Part shown: piece by piece, positions 1-19,333 of the stretch
How the letters are laid out: every line of letters starts with the position of its first letter
How positions within the stretch are numbered: the first letter of the stretch is position 1
Assembly (NCBI GenBank): GCA_951406725.2
Contig: OX597819.1
Location: 120,838,001-120,902,000, forward strand
DNA length: 64,000 bases
Direction of reading: 5' to 3'
Source: Octopus vulgaris
Taxonomy: Eukaryota
Program-made: the position numbers and the translations under genes
Notes under the pieces: generated by a model
Told to the model about the DNA's origin: nothing
The model's input: only the letters and a program-made list of their open reading frames with translations
Database searches by the model: none

Positions 1-2
1 AT

Positions 3-212
3 AGGTGGCGTGCTAGCAGAATCGTCAGCACGTCGGGGAAAATGCTTAGCAGCATTTCATCTGTCGTTACGTTCTGAGTTCAAATCCTGCCAAGGTCGAC
101 TTAGCCTTTCATCTTTTTGGGGTCGAAAATAAGTACCAGTTACGCACTGCGGTCGATAAAATCGACTATACCCCTCCCCAAATTGCAGGCCTTGTGCCTC
201 TAGTAGAAAGTG
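3..212 (+). mobile_element. SINE family S1 (tRNA-derived), tail type 2
   Basis: Head ggtggcgtgctagcagaatcgtcagcacg, B-box-like gagttcaaatcc and body gcctttcatc...ggggtcga...aagtaccagtt. More than 10 similar copies occur in the window. Confidence 0.85.
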
Positions 213-554
213 TTATTAGTTTTATTAAAATATAAATAGTTTCTAAATTCTATGATATGAACTTTCGTCAAAGTATGTCATATTTAGATACATATTAACT
301 TACGTTTATCAATATACACCGTGCATAGATCGGTGTAAAACACGTATATTCCTGTTAATACGTACATGCATACAGGAATGCACATATTCATACACCAGTC
401 TGTGTATATAGAGGGATGTTTAGGTATTTTTAGGTACGTGCGGTACGAAGAGTGTACTAACGCAGATTTTGTCTGTCTGTCTTCATCACAGTCCTACACA
501 CTCTATATCATACTCAGGTATATACACGCACATGCACACATATACGTATATTGG

Positions 555-735
555 TTTCAAATTTTGGCACAAGGCCAGTAATTTCAGGTGAGCGGGCAAG
601 CTGATTATATCTACCCCAGTGCTCAACTAGCACCTATTATATCGTCCAGAAAGTCGACCTCGGCGGAATGTGAACTCAGAGTGTAAGTTAGGTGGAAATG
701 CCGGCTTGTTAACGATTCTTCCAGCTCACCACCTT
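555..735 (-). mobile_element. SINE S1, decayed
   Basis: Reverse complement matches the S1 head (taaggtggtgagctggaagaatcgttaac), gagttcacattccgccgaggtcgac and the tail ggccttgtgccaaaatttgaa. Confidence 0.75.
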
Positions 736-859
736 ACAAACGTATGCATAAATTACGTAAATTAGCACACACACACACACACACACACACTTCACACACA
801 CACCTCACACACAAACACACACACACACACATTTGTATATGTATGTATATGTGTATATA

Positions 860-1759
860 CGGGGTCTGATCAATAAGTATCCGGACCGTTGCCATGTTAA
901 CGAAGCTAAAGCACGCAGAGTGAAACCACTCGGCGAAGGTAGCTCTGCTGGGCATGCGCACTAAGATCTAACGTTTGAGATCACTTCCGCTCTTTACAGT
1001 AGAGCTTTACAGTAGAGCTTGGAAGGAAAGTGTGTAGTGTGTGGTTGTTGCATTGACCATGACAGAGAAAGTTATCATGGTAATACCTGCTCAGAGGCCA
1101 ACGCAAAGTTACAGAAAGTGTATGGAGAGGAGTGCATGAACCGCACACAAGTGTACGAGTAGATCCAACATTTCCAAGATGGCCGAAAAATGTCGATATT
1201 GACGAACGTTCTCAAAGACACGTAGCCAACAGAACCGAAAAAAACATCGTAGATGTGCATGTAGCTGTGAGGTGAAATCGTCGAATCCCCCATCCGTGAG
1301 TTACCAGAGGATTTGCAGATTAGCTACGATCCAGTTCAGTCTATTATCACTGAAGATTTGGGTATGAGATGCGTGTCTGTCCACGTTTATGCCAAACTGC
1401 TTTCAGCTGACCAAAAAAACACTCGGGTTTCAGTTGCACAAGATACCTTTGATTGCGTCGAGAGAGATGAAAACTTTTCCAAAATTTTGCGTAGGCCTCT
1501 GAGTAATTACCGCCAAACTTTTTGCAACATTTGATGCAGATTCTCAGCTCAAAATTCTCTGCCACGGTCAACGCAACGACCACACGCTACACACGTTCTT
1601 TCCAAGCTCTGCTGTAAAGAGCGGAAGTGAGCCAGAACGTTATGGCTTAATTCGCATGCGCAGCAGGTTTTATTATTAATCTGTGCCAAGTCGCTTCACA
1701 CTGTGTTCTTTAGATTCGTTACTATGGCAACAGTCCGGATACTTATTCATCAGACCACG
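860..1759 (+). mobile_element. Non-autonomous mariner derivative built from two inverted left ends
   Basis: TIRs cggggtctgatcaataagtatccggac / gtccggatacttattcatcagaccacg, flanked by TA. Internal decayed mariner N-terminus (KLQKVYGEECMNRTQVYE; ISYDPVQSIITEDLGMRCVS). Second copy at 57217-58130. Confidence 0.9.
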
Positions 1760-1786
1760 TACGTGTGTGTGTATATAGATATATGC

Positions 1787-1901
1787 CTGGTATGCATGGG
1801 CGACTTCTGGTCTTCCATAAACAATCCTGCCCGGACTTGTGCATCAGAGTGGACCATACTAGGTGTAATCCCATGGTGTAATCCCATGGTCATTCACGAT
1901 C
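1787..1901 (+). mobile_element. 3' fragment of an S3-type SINE
   Basis: ctggtatgcatgggcgacttctggtcttccataaac...aggtgtaatcccatggtca matches 33825-33915. Confidence 0.6.
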
Positions 1902-1937
1902 ATGTGTCTGTGTGTATATATATATATGTAGGTAGTG

Positions 1938-2256
1938 AGGGCGCGTGGCTTAGTGGTTAGGGCATTCGGCTCATGATCGTAAGGTTGTGAGTTCGATTCC
2001 CGGCGACGCGTTGTGTCCTTGAGCAAGACACTTTATTTCACGTTGCTCCAGTCCACTCAGCTGGCAAAAATGAGTTGTACTTGTATTTCAAAGGGTCAGC
2101 CTTGTCACTCTCTGTGTCACGCTGATTATCCCCGAGAACTACGTTAAGGGTACACGTGTCTGTGGAATGCTCAGCCATTTGCACGTTAATTTCACGAGCA
2201 AGCTGTTCCGTTGATCGTATCAGCTGGGACCCTCGTCGTCGTAACCGGCGGAGTCT
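1938..2256 (+). mobile_element. SINE family S3 (tRNA head, CORE-like segment)
   Basis: A box tggcttagtgg, B box gagttcgattcc, then gtgtccttgagcaagacactt. Head shared with 33615. Confidence 0.85.
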
Positions 2257-2542
2257 TTTAATATGTAGGTATAATCAGTTGAATTAAAGTTACATGGTCT
2301 TCTGATTTTCATGTGTTTTATTATTTTTATTATTATTTTTTACCATGTTCTAACTATATTTTATTATTCTATTCACATTAGCATAAATTCGGGAAATATG
2401 AGTAGCCAGCCGGAAAAGATGTTTTCCTGGGGCTAAAAAAGGTAGTAACATCGTCCCAACCAGCACTGCTACTTTCACTACGACAAATAAATTTTACTCT
2501 CTCTCTCTCTCTCCCTCTCCGTTTCTCTCCCTGTCTATATAT

Positions 2543-2575
<33 letters not shown>

Positions 2576-2578
2576 CAT

Positions 2579-2609
<31 letters not shown>

Positions 2610-2646
2610 CACACATATATATAATATCTATATTTATATATATATA

Positions 2647-2682
<36 letters not shown>

Positions 2683-2719
2683 CATACATATATGTACATA
2701 TGTAAGTATGTATATATAT

Positions 2720-3010
2720 CACCGTGATCACCGTGACCGACCAGGCTATCAGATGTTGTTACACATCGCTGGTCACAATGCGCTTAGCATTGTTTTAGCC
2801 TTCAAATGACGCCACCCCGCTGGCTAAGCGATCAGGCCAACAGAAGAAAGAGTGGGAGAAAGTTGTGGCGAAAAAGTACTGCGTCAATCACCACCAGCCC
2901 CTGCCAGAGCTGCGTGGAACTTTTTAGGTGTTTTCGCTCAATAAACATTCAAAACACACGGTATGGGAATCGAAACCGCGATCCTACAAACGCAAGTCCG
3001 CTGCCCTAAC
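2720..3010 (-). mobile_element. SINE family S4
   Basis: Reverse complement gttagggcagcggacttgcg...gcggtttcgattccc...ttcgccacaactttctc matches copies at 21672, 47135 and 48072. Its tail recurs at 4703-4822. Confidence 0.8.
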
Positions 3011-3129
3011 TTTGTCTACATCCTTTCGAGTTCGATAAATAATCACCAGTTGAGTATTAGGGTCGATGTAATCGACTCACCCATTCCACCAGAATTACTG
3101 GTATTGCGTCAAAGTTTGAAATCAATATA

Positions 3130-3359
3130 TGTGTGTGCGTGTGTGTTTGAGTGTATGTCGACAATTATTTGATGACCGATGCTGTTGTATTTATGTCCCT
3201 GTAACTTACTGGCTCCGCAAGAGATAACGACAGAATAAGTACTGGGCTTACAAAGAATAAGTCCTGGGATCGATTACTTCTACTGAAACCCATTAAGGCG
3301 GTGCTCCAGCATGACCACTGTCAGATGACAGAAACACGTAAAAGAATAATAGAATAAAG
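3130..3359 (+). mobile_element. SINE S2, 3' half
   Basis: agaataagtactgggcttacaaagaataagtcctggg...aaggcggtgctccagcatg matches the full copy at 52158-52580. Confidence 0.8.
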
Positions 3360-3534
3360 GACTATATATTGGTGTAGGCATGGCTGTGTCGTAAGAAGCT
3401 TCCGTCCCAACCACATGGTTCAGGGCCTAGTCTCATTGCGTGACACCTTGAGCAAGTGTCTTCTACTATAGCCTCGGTCCGACCAAAGCCTTGTGAGTGG
3501 ATTTGGTTGACGGAAATTGAAAACAAACCCGTTG

Positions 3535-3582
<48 letters not shown>

Positions 3583-3589
3583 TATATAT

Positions 3590-3805
3590 TGTTAATCCAA
3601 ACAAGAAAGCACAAAAAAAAACACAACAACGCGAGGACGTGGAACAAATATAGAATTATTGGACGCTCAGGAAAGAAGGAAAGAAGGAGGGTTTAACGTT
3701 TCAAGCGGAGCTCTTCGTCGGAAACATACGAGAAGGAAAGATCCAGAGAAGGGAACACAGAGGAAAAGAAATCGCCAACGGTACACACGAGGTCACATTT
3801 TGAAA
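3590..3805 (-). mobile_element. Short non-coding hammerhead-bearing element (family A, PLE-terminus-like)
   Basis: Three copies (3590, 27888, 30480), each adjoining (TA)n. Minus strand 3691-3725 reads GTTT CCGACGA A GAGC TCC GCTT GAAAC GTT AAAC. Confidence 0.7.
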
Positions 3806-3824
3806 TATATATATATATATATAC

Positions 3825-4015
3825 GCTTTATTTAAAAGCAGTAGAAAATATAACAAAAGCTGTTGCTCAGAGTTTCACGTTCCCGTTCTTCGGATAGTTT
3901 TGTTTCATCGGGAACGTGAAACTGAGTAACAGCTTCTGTTATAAAGCCTATTACTCTACCTCTTGTATTAAGTACTCTTTTTACCACCTTGTTTCACATT
4001 TATGTGCTTACTCTG

Positions 4016-4019
<4 letters not shown>
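3825..4019. mobile_element. Fold-back PLE-terminus-like element (same family as 28598-28860)
   Basis: Inverted arms tataacaaaagctgttgctcagagtttcacgttcccg / cgggaacgtgaaactgagtaacagcttctgttata. The tail tattactct...tttcacatttatgtg is shared with 28790-28858. Flanked by (TA)n. Confidence 0.7.
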
Positions 4020-4050
<31 letters not shown>

Positions 4051-4082
4051 CATACACGCACACACAGACATATATATATGTA

Positions 4083-4408
4083 TAAGAAAAGGTAAGTTCA
4101 AAAAGAACAATTCAAACTTTGTGGGGGATCCAAAAAGAGAGAAAAGGTAATTTCTAATTAGGATTCGTCATACTCATGAAGAACAGCCAAAACAGGTAAT
4201 AAGAATATGAAAATAATATTCGAGGAGATTCGTTGTAGGTATAAGAATATACCACAAATAAGTATATAAAAAAAATGGTAAATCGATGTTGAAACAGAAA
4301 TAGATTTATTATAAAACGGGAATAAATCTATTTCTGTTTCAACATCTTTTCTGCATTTTTTAATACTTGTTTATGGTATATTCTTATACCTATAACGAAT
4401 ACACTCAA
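4083..4408. repeat. Unclassified (TA)n-embedded element with an approximately 80-bp-arm inverted repeat
   Basis: attcgttgtaggtataagaatatacca...gatgttgaaacagaaatagatttatt pairs with aataaatctatttctgtttcaacatc...tggtatattcttatacctataacgaat (about 4228-4400). Confidence 0.65.
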
Positions 4409-4435
4409 ATACACACACACACACACATATATATA

Positions 4436-4483
<48 letters not shown>

Positions 4484-4849
4484 CTGTGTTTGTCCCACAA
4501 ATCCCAGCATCGTTTGAGAACCGATGTTACTGTGTTTACGTCCGAAAAAGTTAGCAGTTCGGCAAATGCCCCGATAGAATAAGTATTAGGCATACTTACA
4601 TATATATATATATATATATGTATATGTGTGTGTATGTGTGTGTGTGTGTGTGTGTATGTATATATATATATAACTATATATATATATATATAGTTATATA
4701 TATTGGCCTGCTCGCTTAGCCAGCGGGGTGGCGTCATTGGAAGGCTAAAACACTGCGAACGCATTGTGACCAGCGATGTGTAACAACATCTGATGGTCTT
4801 GTCGGTCACGTGATCACGTAATATAGTTATATATGTATATATTACCATA

Positions 4850-5003
4850 TATGATGGGCTTCTCTCAGTTCCCTGTAAGAAATCCACTCACAAGGCTTTT
4901 GCCGGCTGGTGGCTGTAATAAGAAGACACCAATCCAAGATGCCTCTCAGTGGGACTGAACCCAAAACCATGTGGTTGAGAAGTTCGAAAGAAAGTTTCTT
5001 ACC
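4850..5003 (-). mobile_element. SINE S2, 5' half
   Basis: gatgggcttctctcagtt...aaatccactcacaaggctt...gggactgaacc is the reverse complement of the S2 head. Confidence 0.75.
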
Positions 5004-5022
5004 ACTCAACCGCTCCTGCGCT

Positions 5023-12450
<7,428 letters not shown>

Positions 12451-12689
12451 CACATCGTTTGCACTGAGATTAATCCTTGCATGCAACTTACAGATGGCTG
12501 TCCCTGAGGAGACACAGCACGTGGAAATAACGTGAGCTTCTAAGTCCGACGCCGTTAATCTCGTCTGCTAAAGGTAAAATGTACCTGATTCAATGCAGCA
12601 TGCACACATATGAAAAGTTTTCTCAAGGTAAATTACGACGTATTTAGCCTTCTAACAATAATTCACGTTAATTTGGATATAAAAATTGC

Positions 12690-13660
12690 ATTTAGTTATT
12701 AATACTGATTCTGTTGCTAATAATTATTAGTTGAGCATTTTCATCTATTATTTTGTAAAACGGGAATACTTTAAAGTTCCATTTGCACAAATGTTCAGAT
12801 GTTAACTCCATAAACCTTTTCGAAAAAAATCGATTTTTAACTTGTTTGAATTACTTGTATGTTTTGTCCGTGTTTCTGCAAAGAAATTTGCATTGCACTG
12901 TAGGAAGAGAATATTGTTTCTTTTGCAATTCATGTCTGCATTCACTTTCAGTTCCTTTCCATTCTTGATTCTTTCTCCGATGTGAATCCCAGGCTCTGTC
13001 TTATGAGATTTAACGGTTGTCTTCGGCTGTTGATGATTTCCGTTTTTTAAACTAATTTCCAAGGATTTCATGATTGATGTAGAATTTGGAAATATTGTTT
13101 GGCTGAAAGTACGATGTTGTGGTTCCTAGGATTATGGCTGACTACAAACAGAACATTTATATTTGCATTTTCGTTTTCATCCTTGGTATGTGTCCTTCTC
13201 TGCTGAGGTAAAGATTGAAATTTCTTATACTTTAGTTATGGCATAATTTACTAAGTTTTTATTGTATTTCTGTTTTTGAAGGAACATATCTGGTGTTGCT
13301 ATTCGGTTCTCTCGCCTATTGGTATGTGTAACTATTGAGTATATACGTCATACCATGTGGAATGGTGTGTTCCTTTATATATGGGAAGAGTGGAAAAAAA
13401 TCTAAAATCTAAATATAGGTGTGTATCTGTGTCCTTACAGTAAGGATCGGTTGTTACTCTCATTTCCTTTACTTATAAGAATGTCCAGAAAGAGGGTTTC
13501 CTTTACATTCATGAAATCTGGTTACAAACATGAAATCTGTTTATTAATTTATAGCTCCCCCTTACTTTTGTTCCATAATATGTAACAGTCATCCAAGAAC
13601 CGTTTCCAGTTCCTTATCAAAGAAGTTTGGAAATGATGATTAAAAGTAGTTCTGGACAGG
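12690..13660 (-). pseudogene. Penelope-like element remnant (RT C-terminal part plus decayed GIY-YIG region)
   Basis: Minus-strand NWKRFLDDCYILW (FLDD at about 13588-13599), FLDILI, TTDPYCKDTDTHLYLDF, IINSRRQPLNL, NGKELKVNADMNCK and HLNICA. Frameshifts and stops are present. Confidence 0.8.
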
Positions 13661-13686
13661 GCAGACTATTAGAGTCACAAACGCGA

Positions 13687-13725
<39 letters not shown>

Positions 13726-13932
13726 GCATGCATGTATGTATGTATGTATGTATGTATGTATGTATGAATGTATATATATATATGCATGCATGTATATATG
13801 TATGAATGTATAAAACTCGGAGTTTTATCTTGGTTACCGAATAATTGTCTAATTGTCTAATTTACAGATAAATTCCTCTATTTACAGAATATCGAGGTCT
13901 CTTTCTTTCTTTTGTTATCTTACCGTTTTTGT

Positions 13933-13977
<45 letters not shown>

Positions 13978-14849
13978 GATGACAGCAGTTCGGTGTAACA
14001 ACACGCATTAGTTTACGCTGCGTACTTCTAGCTTAATGCCGTGACTTTTGACTTCTAATGCAGTGGCTCATGAGGGTTTTAATGAAGTTGACCTGTCTCA
14101 GCTGTTTTAGTATAATGACCATACAAACTGACGTAAGACACGAAACTCGGACCTTTTCCCTCATTATCTCTTACGTTATCTATTCTGCCACGTGCTGCTC
14201 TATTGTATCAAACGATTGATTCTAATTTCCATAAATCTTTTTTTCATTATGTCAGCTTTTATGCATTATTTATTTTCACAAGTCACAAGATCGATTTTTT
14301 TTTCTAACTTGATTTCAGAGCAAACTATTGCGGACAATGGAAAAACTAAAAAGAAGCGAACGACGAAGAGGGCATTGAATAAAGCGAAAAGAAAACGAAG
14401 AACTACAAATCCATTGACAGCTGTAGTGACGACATTAACAATTATGTCTTCAGCTGCTTATGTGGGATTTCGAAGATTAGACCGGTGGCTGATTTATGAC
14501 AAATGTTTACTAATTCAATGAAATCAAACACGCTAACCTATGGAGAATATTTGCAGGAGAACAGTTATATTTAGGCAAAACAATAGTTTAGAACGAAATG
14601 GGAAAAGGGGGAGAATTCTACTATTTAAACGTGCTAAATAAGCTTTCCAAAGACATACCAACGCGCACGAGCACACACAGTCGTACTTGTAGACTTGGTT
14701 GTCAGATAAATTTGTTCGTTTCTTTCCGGTGTAATTTTTCCGGCGAGAAAACTTTTAAAATTACAATGTCTTTTTATTTATAAAGGTTTTTCAATTTTCT
14801 GTCACTCTATTCGTGTCTTGTATTTTTGCTTTTGAAGTTTCAGTATTCT

Positions 14850-15236
14850 ATTATTCTTTTATTTGCTTCAGTCATTTGACTGCGGCCATGCTGGAGCACC
14901 GCCTTTAGTCGAGCAAATCGACCCCAGGACTTATTCTTTGTAAGCCTACTACTTATTCAATCGGTCGCTCTTGCCGAACCACTAAGTGACGGGGACGTAA
15001 ACATACCATCATCGATTGTCAAGCGATGTTGGTCGGACAAACACAGACACACACACACACACATACACACACACATATACACACACATATGACGGGCTTC
15101 TTTCAGTTTCCGTCCACCAAATCCACTCGCAAGGCTTTCGTTGGACCGAGGCTATAGTAGAAACACTTGCCCAAGGTGCAACGCAGTGAGACTGAACCTG
15201 GAACCAACTACTTACCATACAGCCACTCCTACACCT
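14850..15236 (-). mobile_element. SINE S2, near full length
   Basis: Reverse complement of 52158-52580, including the internal (CA/TA)n and the tail cagtcatttgactgcggccatgctggagcaccgcc. Confidence 0.9.
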
Positions 15237-15257
15237 ATGTATATATAATTTCTTATC

Positions 15258-15326
<69 letters not shown>

Positions 15327-15333
15327 CATGATG

Positions 15334-15900
15334 ATGAAGTGCAAAGAATAAGAAAAAAATAGTCAGTTTTGATATCTGCTACCCTTTATTTTCTATCAAG
15401 GTTCCACCTCTGCAAAAATCACTCAAGATATTTTCACGGTAAGAATGGCACAAAAATAACTTCGCAAATCTCAGAACTGTAAATTCGACCTCAGAATCTC
15501 TGCATTCCGGCAGCCCCGTCCAGTTCAATGAATATCGATTGAACGAGCCCATTTCCGAAAATCTGTGCTAGTTCACTAGAGAATTGACTCAGCAGATGGG
15601 ATGCTTGCTTGATACTGTCATTCGTCACCTTTATTCGGAGGAAAGGTCGCAAAACTCAGTGTCTAGGTGTCACATTCTTTGAAACCCAACGTTTCTCTAT
15701 CAATACTCGTTTGCTTCCTCGACACCAGACTAGACTTGAGAAGAAGCGATGAGTTCTTTTCCGTATCGTCACGTGCAATGAAATACAGATTTTCAATATG
15801 AAGCAGAAACCATTGTCTCGAGAAGGAAATATTATCACGAGTCAAGCTAGAGCGGCACCCACGTTCTAGAACAATTTGCCTTTGGTGGTATTGACTTGAA
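15334..15900 (+). pseudogene. Decayed mariner transposase
   Basis: Piecewise translation gives KNSQF*YLLPFIFYQG...HSGSPVQFNEYRLNE...TRELTQQMGC..TVIRHL...KVAKLSV*VSHSL (WVPHEL-like)...RIVTCNE (IVTGDE-like), colinear with a mariner transposase. Confidence 0.75.
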
Positions 15901-16072
15901 GACGACTACAAGGTTAATGCGGAACTTTATGTTCCGCAAATGCCCTAGCTAATGCGGAAAACGAAAAGGAAACCAAAGACTGTGATGATGATTTAACAAG
16001 TCCCCCTGGAAGTATGTATGAAACATAATAAAAACTACTACAACATATATACGTGTGCGTGTGTGTGTGTGT

Positions 16073-16125
<53 letters not shown>

Positions 16126-16133
16126 TGGGTGTA

Positions 16134-16164
<31 letters not shown>

Positions 16165-16453
16165 GTGTATAAGTTTATCAATTCGTTTTGAAAGATTCCT
16201 GGTGTGAAATCGTGCGTTGAAACAGATATTGTTGTATTTCGGAATAGTCATTTTATTTATTTATTTATTTATTTATTCATTCATTTACTCTTTTACTCTT
16301 TTACTTGTTTCAGTCATTTTACTGTGGCCATGCTGGAGCACCGCCTTTATTTTATTTATTATTTTTTTTTTGCCAAATAAGCACACGCATTATATTTTTA
16401 CTTCTTCACTCGTTTATTACTGTCCTTATTTTATTAATTTAACTCATGTGCTC

Positions 16454-16499
16454 TGTCCAGAAATCTTTCGTCACACATCTGTGAACTCTTCAGTGACAC
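16454..16499 (-). ncRNA. Minimal type-I hammerhead ribozyme motif in the PLE 3' pLTR
   Basis: gtgtca CTGAAGA g ttcac agatgt gtgac GAAA gatttc tggaca. Confidence 0.65.
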
Positions 16500-16787
16500 T
16501 TTTCGTTTCCGTGAGTGTTCTTGCTCCACTCACTCCATTCTGTTCTTCTAAGATGTGTATCCTTATGTGCGCATGCGTTTGTGTCTTCGTTTGTGTGTGT
16601 GCTTGTGTGAGTATGTGTATGTTTCAGTGTGTGTCATAATTTTCAGTGGCAGTGTGGCTTTCCTCTCGGCCCCAGCCTCTCACCTCATTGTGCTACTGCT
16701 GTCCTAAGATCCGGGAAAAATATAGGAAGGTACAGTTCCTGTATTCCTCTGTGCATGTGTGGTTCATCCACGGTGTTGCCATCATGG

Positions 16788-16819
<32 letters not shown>

Positions 16820-17349
16820 ATTGCCATCGTCGACACCGCTGCTGCTGCTGACCATGTTAGTCGTGTTGTTGACATCATATGGCCGCCCATGGGGTTTCAT
16901 GTGTAAGTGATTGTGCGTATATGTATGGGTTCACTTTGTATGTATCCATGTCCTTCACATAGTTTTATTTATTTACTTTATCTATCTCTGTCTTACATTT
17001 ATCACAGGTATGTGGCAGATATATATTCGTTTATTTATTTACGTATTTATTTATCTATTTTCCTTGGCATTTCTCTATATTTTTCACACGTAACACAGGT
17101 AAGTGCATATATGTCTATTGAGTGCACATTGCTCTCTATGTATCTGTATATTATTTACGGTGTTTTCCTTTCCTCTTCTTTTCCCCCCTTCCCTTTATTT
17201 CTCTTCCTTTCTTCTTCTCTCTTCTTTGTCTCTATTGTCTGTAGTCATGTGGTGTGGTTTGATTCTGGATGTTACTGTTCCATTCATGTTTTATACTGAA
17301 GCTCGGTGTGTCTACTGTTAGGTGTGTAACTTCTGTAATCTATCTAAGT

Positions 17350-18800
17350 GTCGTGTCAGTTCTATGTATCGATAGTACTTTAAGCTCTATGTTATTAATC
17401 GAGCCTCCACGTTCTGCCTGAGAATATTAGTAGAGCACTCACCAGCTTTCCACTCTTTCCTTTCTAGGCAATGTTCACCTATTGCTCTCCTATGCTGCGT
17501 GCAGTCTCTCCTATGTAAGTAGCTGTCATGTCTCTACATCGTCCCTCAGTTCACCGTAAGCTACACTCTACATTCCTAATCTTACATTTAACCTGTGGGT
17601 TCAATCTACATACAGCACAATTGTACAGCGTACAGGGATTCTTATCAAAGGGATAGGTATTACAGATCAGGGATTTTAAAGGGGCACCAACCTTTCCACT
17701 ACTTTAATTCGTAGATTATCATTACTTAATGTTTTTCTAATAAGGTGTGCTAGTTCGCCACAAGGGGTAGCATCAACGAACATGGCAATCTGGTATTTTT
17801 TTGTTTTCATACTAAGTGTTGGCCTTATTTATCTTAATACTTTTCCTTTCCATGCTGTTCCAGAATTTACTCCTGTACAGCGAGAAGATCCCTATGATGG
17901 CTTTGTAATTAGTCATGGCTCCTTTGTACACTCGAATCTTGTCCCTTTCGTTGTAGCCAGAGAACTGCAAACAGTGAGTGAAGTGTTGTATGTGTTTTTC
18001 CAATTCCATAGGGCCACACATGCGAGAAACGTTCCTCATCACTTTCTCCAAGTTAGCTATCAGAATGTCGAACTTAAGGTTTTCTGCAATCGCTGCCTTC
18101 TTGTGAACACGATATTTAGAAGCCATGAGTTTCGCATAATGAAAGTGTAGGATCTGGATCTCACCGTTCTTCGTTTCTAGCCAGAGTTCAGTATCTAAAA
18201 TGGATAATCTACAGTTAGGGTGCTTACTATGGTAGTAAATAGTTTATTATTTCTATACTCTGGTGGATAGAGTAAGCTATATGCTGGTTGCTCTCCACAG
18301 TGTTAGCTTCTAGATCATCAACATTGTCTTGTAGGGGTTCTCGGGTTAATATGTTGATAATATCCACGTAGCCGGAGTACATGGTTAGGTTTATGGAGTT
18401 CTCTACGAATTTCTCCTTAAGTCTCCTCCTATCCCACTATACCATAAATAGGTTAGCCACTGCAACACAGATATCGATGGCTGCACCTTCCTCTTGGTCG
18501 TATATCTTGCTATTAAACTTGCATATATGGCCCTTGAGTGTGGTCTTGGTACTCGCACCCACCGCATGGGCGACCATCTTTTTAACCTGATCATTACTTT
18601 CGGGTGTCCATATAGCTCTGGTCCACCCGTTCCATCTCTCTTTTGGGGTGTTCTCGGCCATAGAAGTTATAACAGGAGGGAGTCTATAGAAGTTATAACA
18701 GGAGGGAGTCTACTTCTTATCGAAGTACCCATTGCCGCATGTCAGTCTCAAGAGGAGGCTTAGTTCTTCAGCGTCAGCACCACGGAACTCCACATCGTTC
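17350..18800 (-). pseudogene. PLE reverse transcriptase plus GIY-YIG endonuclease, disrupted
   Basis: GHICKFNSKIYDQEEGAAI..VANLFM, YVD (18362-18370), MASKYRVHKKAAI...QFSGY, a Cys cluster and YIGETARS (17494-17517). Confidence 0.85.
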
Positions 18801-19161
18801 ACGCTGGTCACCTCCACAAATTTCTCCACCGCAAAATCAACATCAAAGGATGGGTATAGGGACGATGGTAATAACAACAACAACAAGCGCCACTATGGCA
18901 ACGCCGTGGACGAACACACATACACCGAGGAATACAGGAGCTGTAGTTCCCCTTTTCTTTTACTCGGCTCTTAGAACAGCAGCAGCATAATGGGGACCGA
19001 GGGGAAGGCCACACTTCTGAAAACTAACACACACACAAGCATACACACACTCACAAACACACACAAACAAACAAGGACACAAACGCATGTGCACATAAGG
19101 ATACACATCTTAGAAGGACAGAATGGCGTAAGCAGAGAAAGAATACACAGGGAAACGAAAA

Positions 19162-19207
19162 GTGTCGCTGAAGAGGTCACAGATGCGTGACGAAAGATTT
19201 CCGGACA
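19162..19207 (+). ncRNA. Minimal type-I hammerhead ribozyme motif in the inverted pLTR
   Basis: gtgtcg CTGAAGA g GTCAC agatgc GTGAC GAAA gatttc cggaca. Helix II is a perfect 5 bp and the putative cleavage triplet is UUC. Confidence 0.75.
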
Positions 19208-19333
19208 ATGAACAGGCATTAAAATAATAAAATAACAGTTGTAATTGAGTGAAGAAAAAAATATAGTGCGTGTGTTTAATTGGCAAACAAAAAAAAAAAC
19301 AAAACAAACAAAATGAAATGACTATCCCGAAGT

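Larger units (their letters stand above)
3371..4592 (+). mobile_element. SINE S2 split at its internal (TA)n by nested insertions
   Basis: The 5' half (3371-3537) ends at cccgttgtat(TA)n. The 3' half resumes at about 4481 (ctgtgtttgtccc...gatagaataagtattagg), colinear with the intact copy at 52158-52580. Confidence 0.75.

Noticed and set aside
1938-2010. tRNA gene-like sequences (also 21672, 33615, 40020-40088, 47340-47396)
   Set aside because: A and B boxes are present, but there is no complete acceptor stem and each continues into a repeat body. They are SINE heads.
15401-15438. 38-nt exon-like segment (ttttctatcaag|...|gtaaga)
   Set aside because: It lies inside the decayed mariner transposase, so the signals are likely coincidental.
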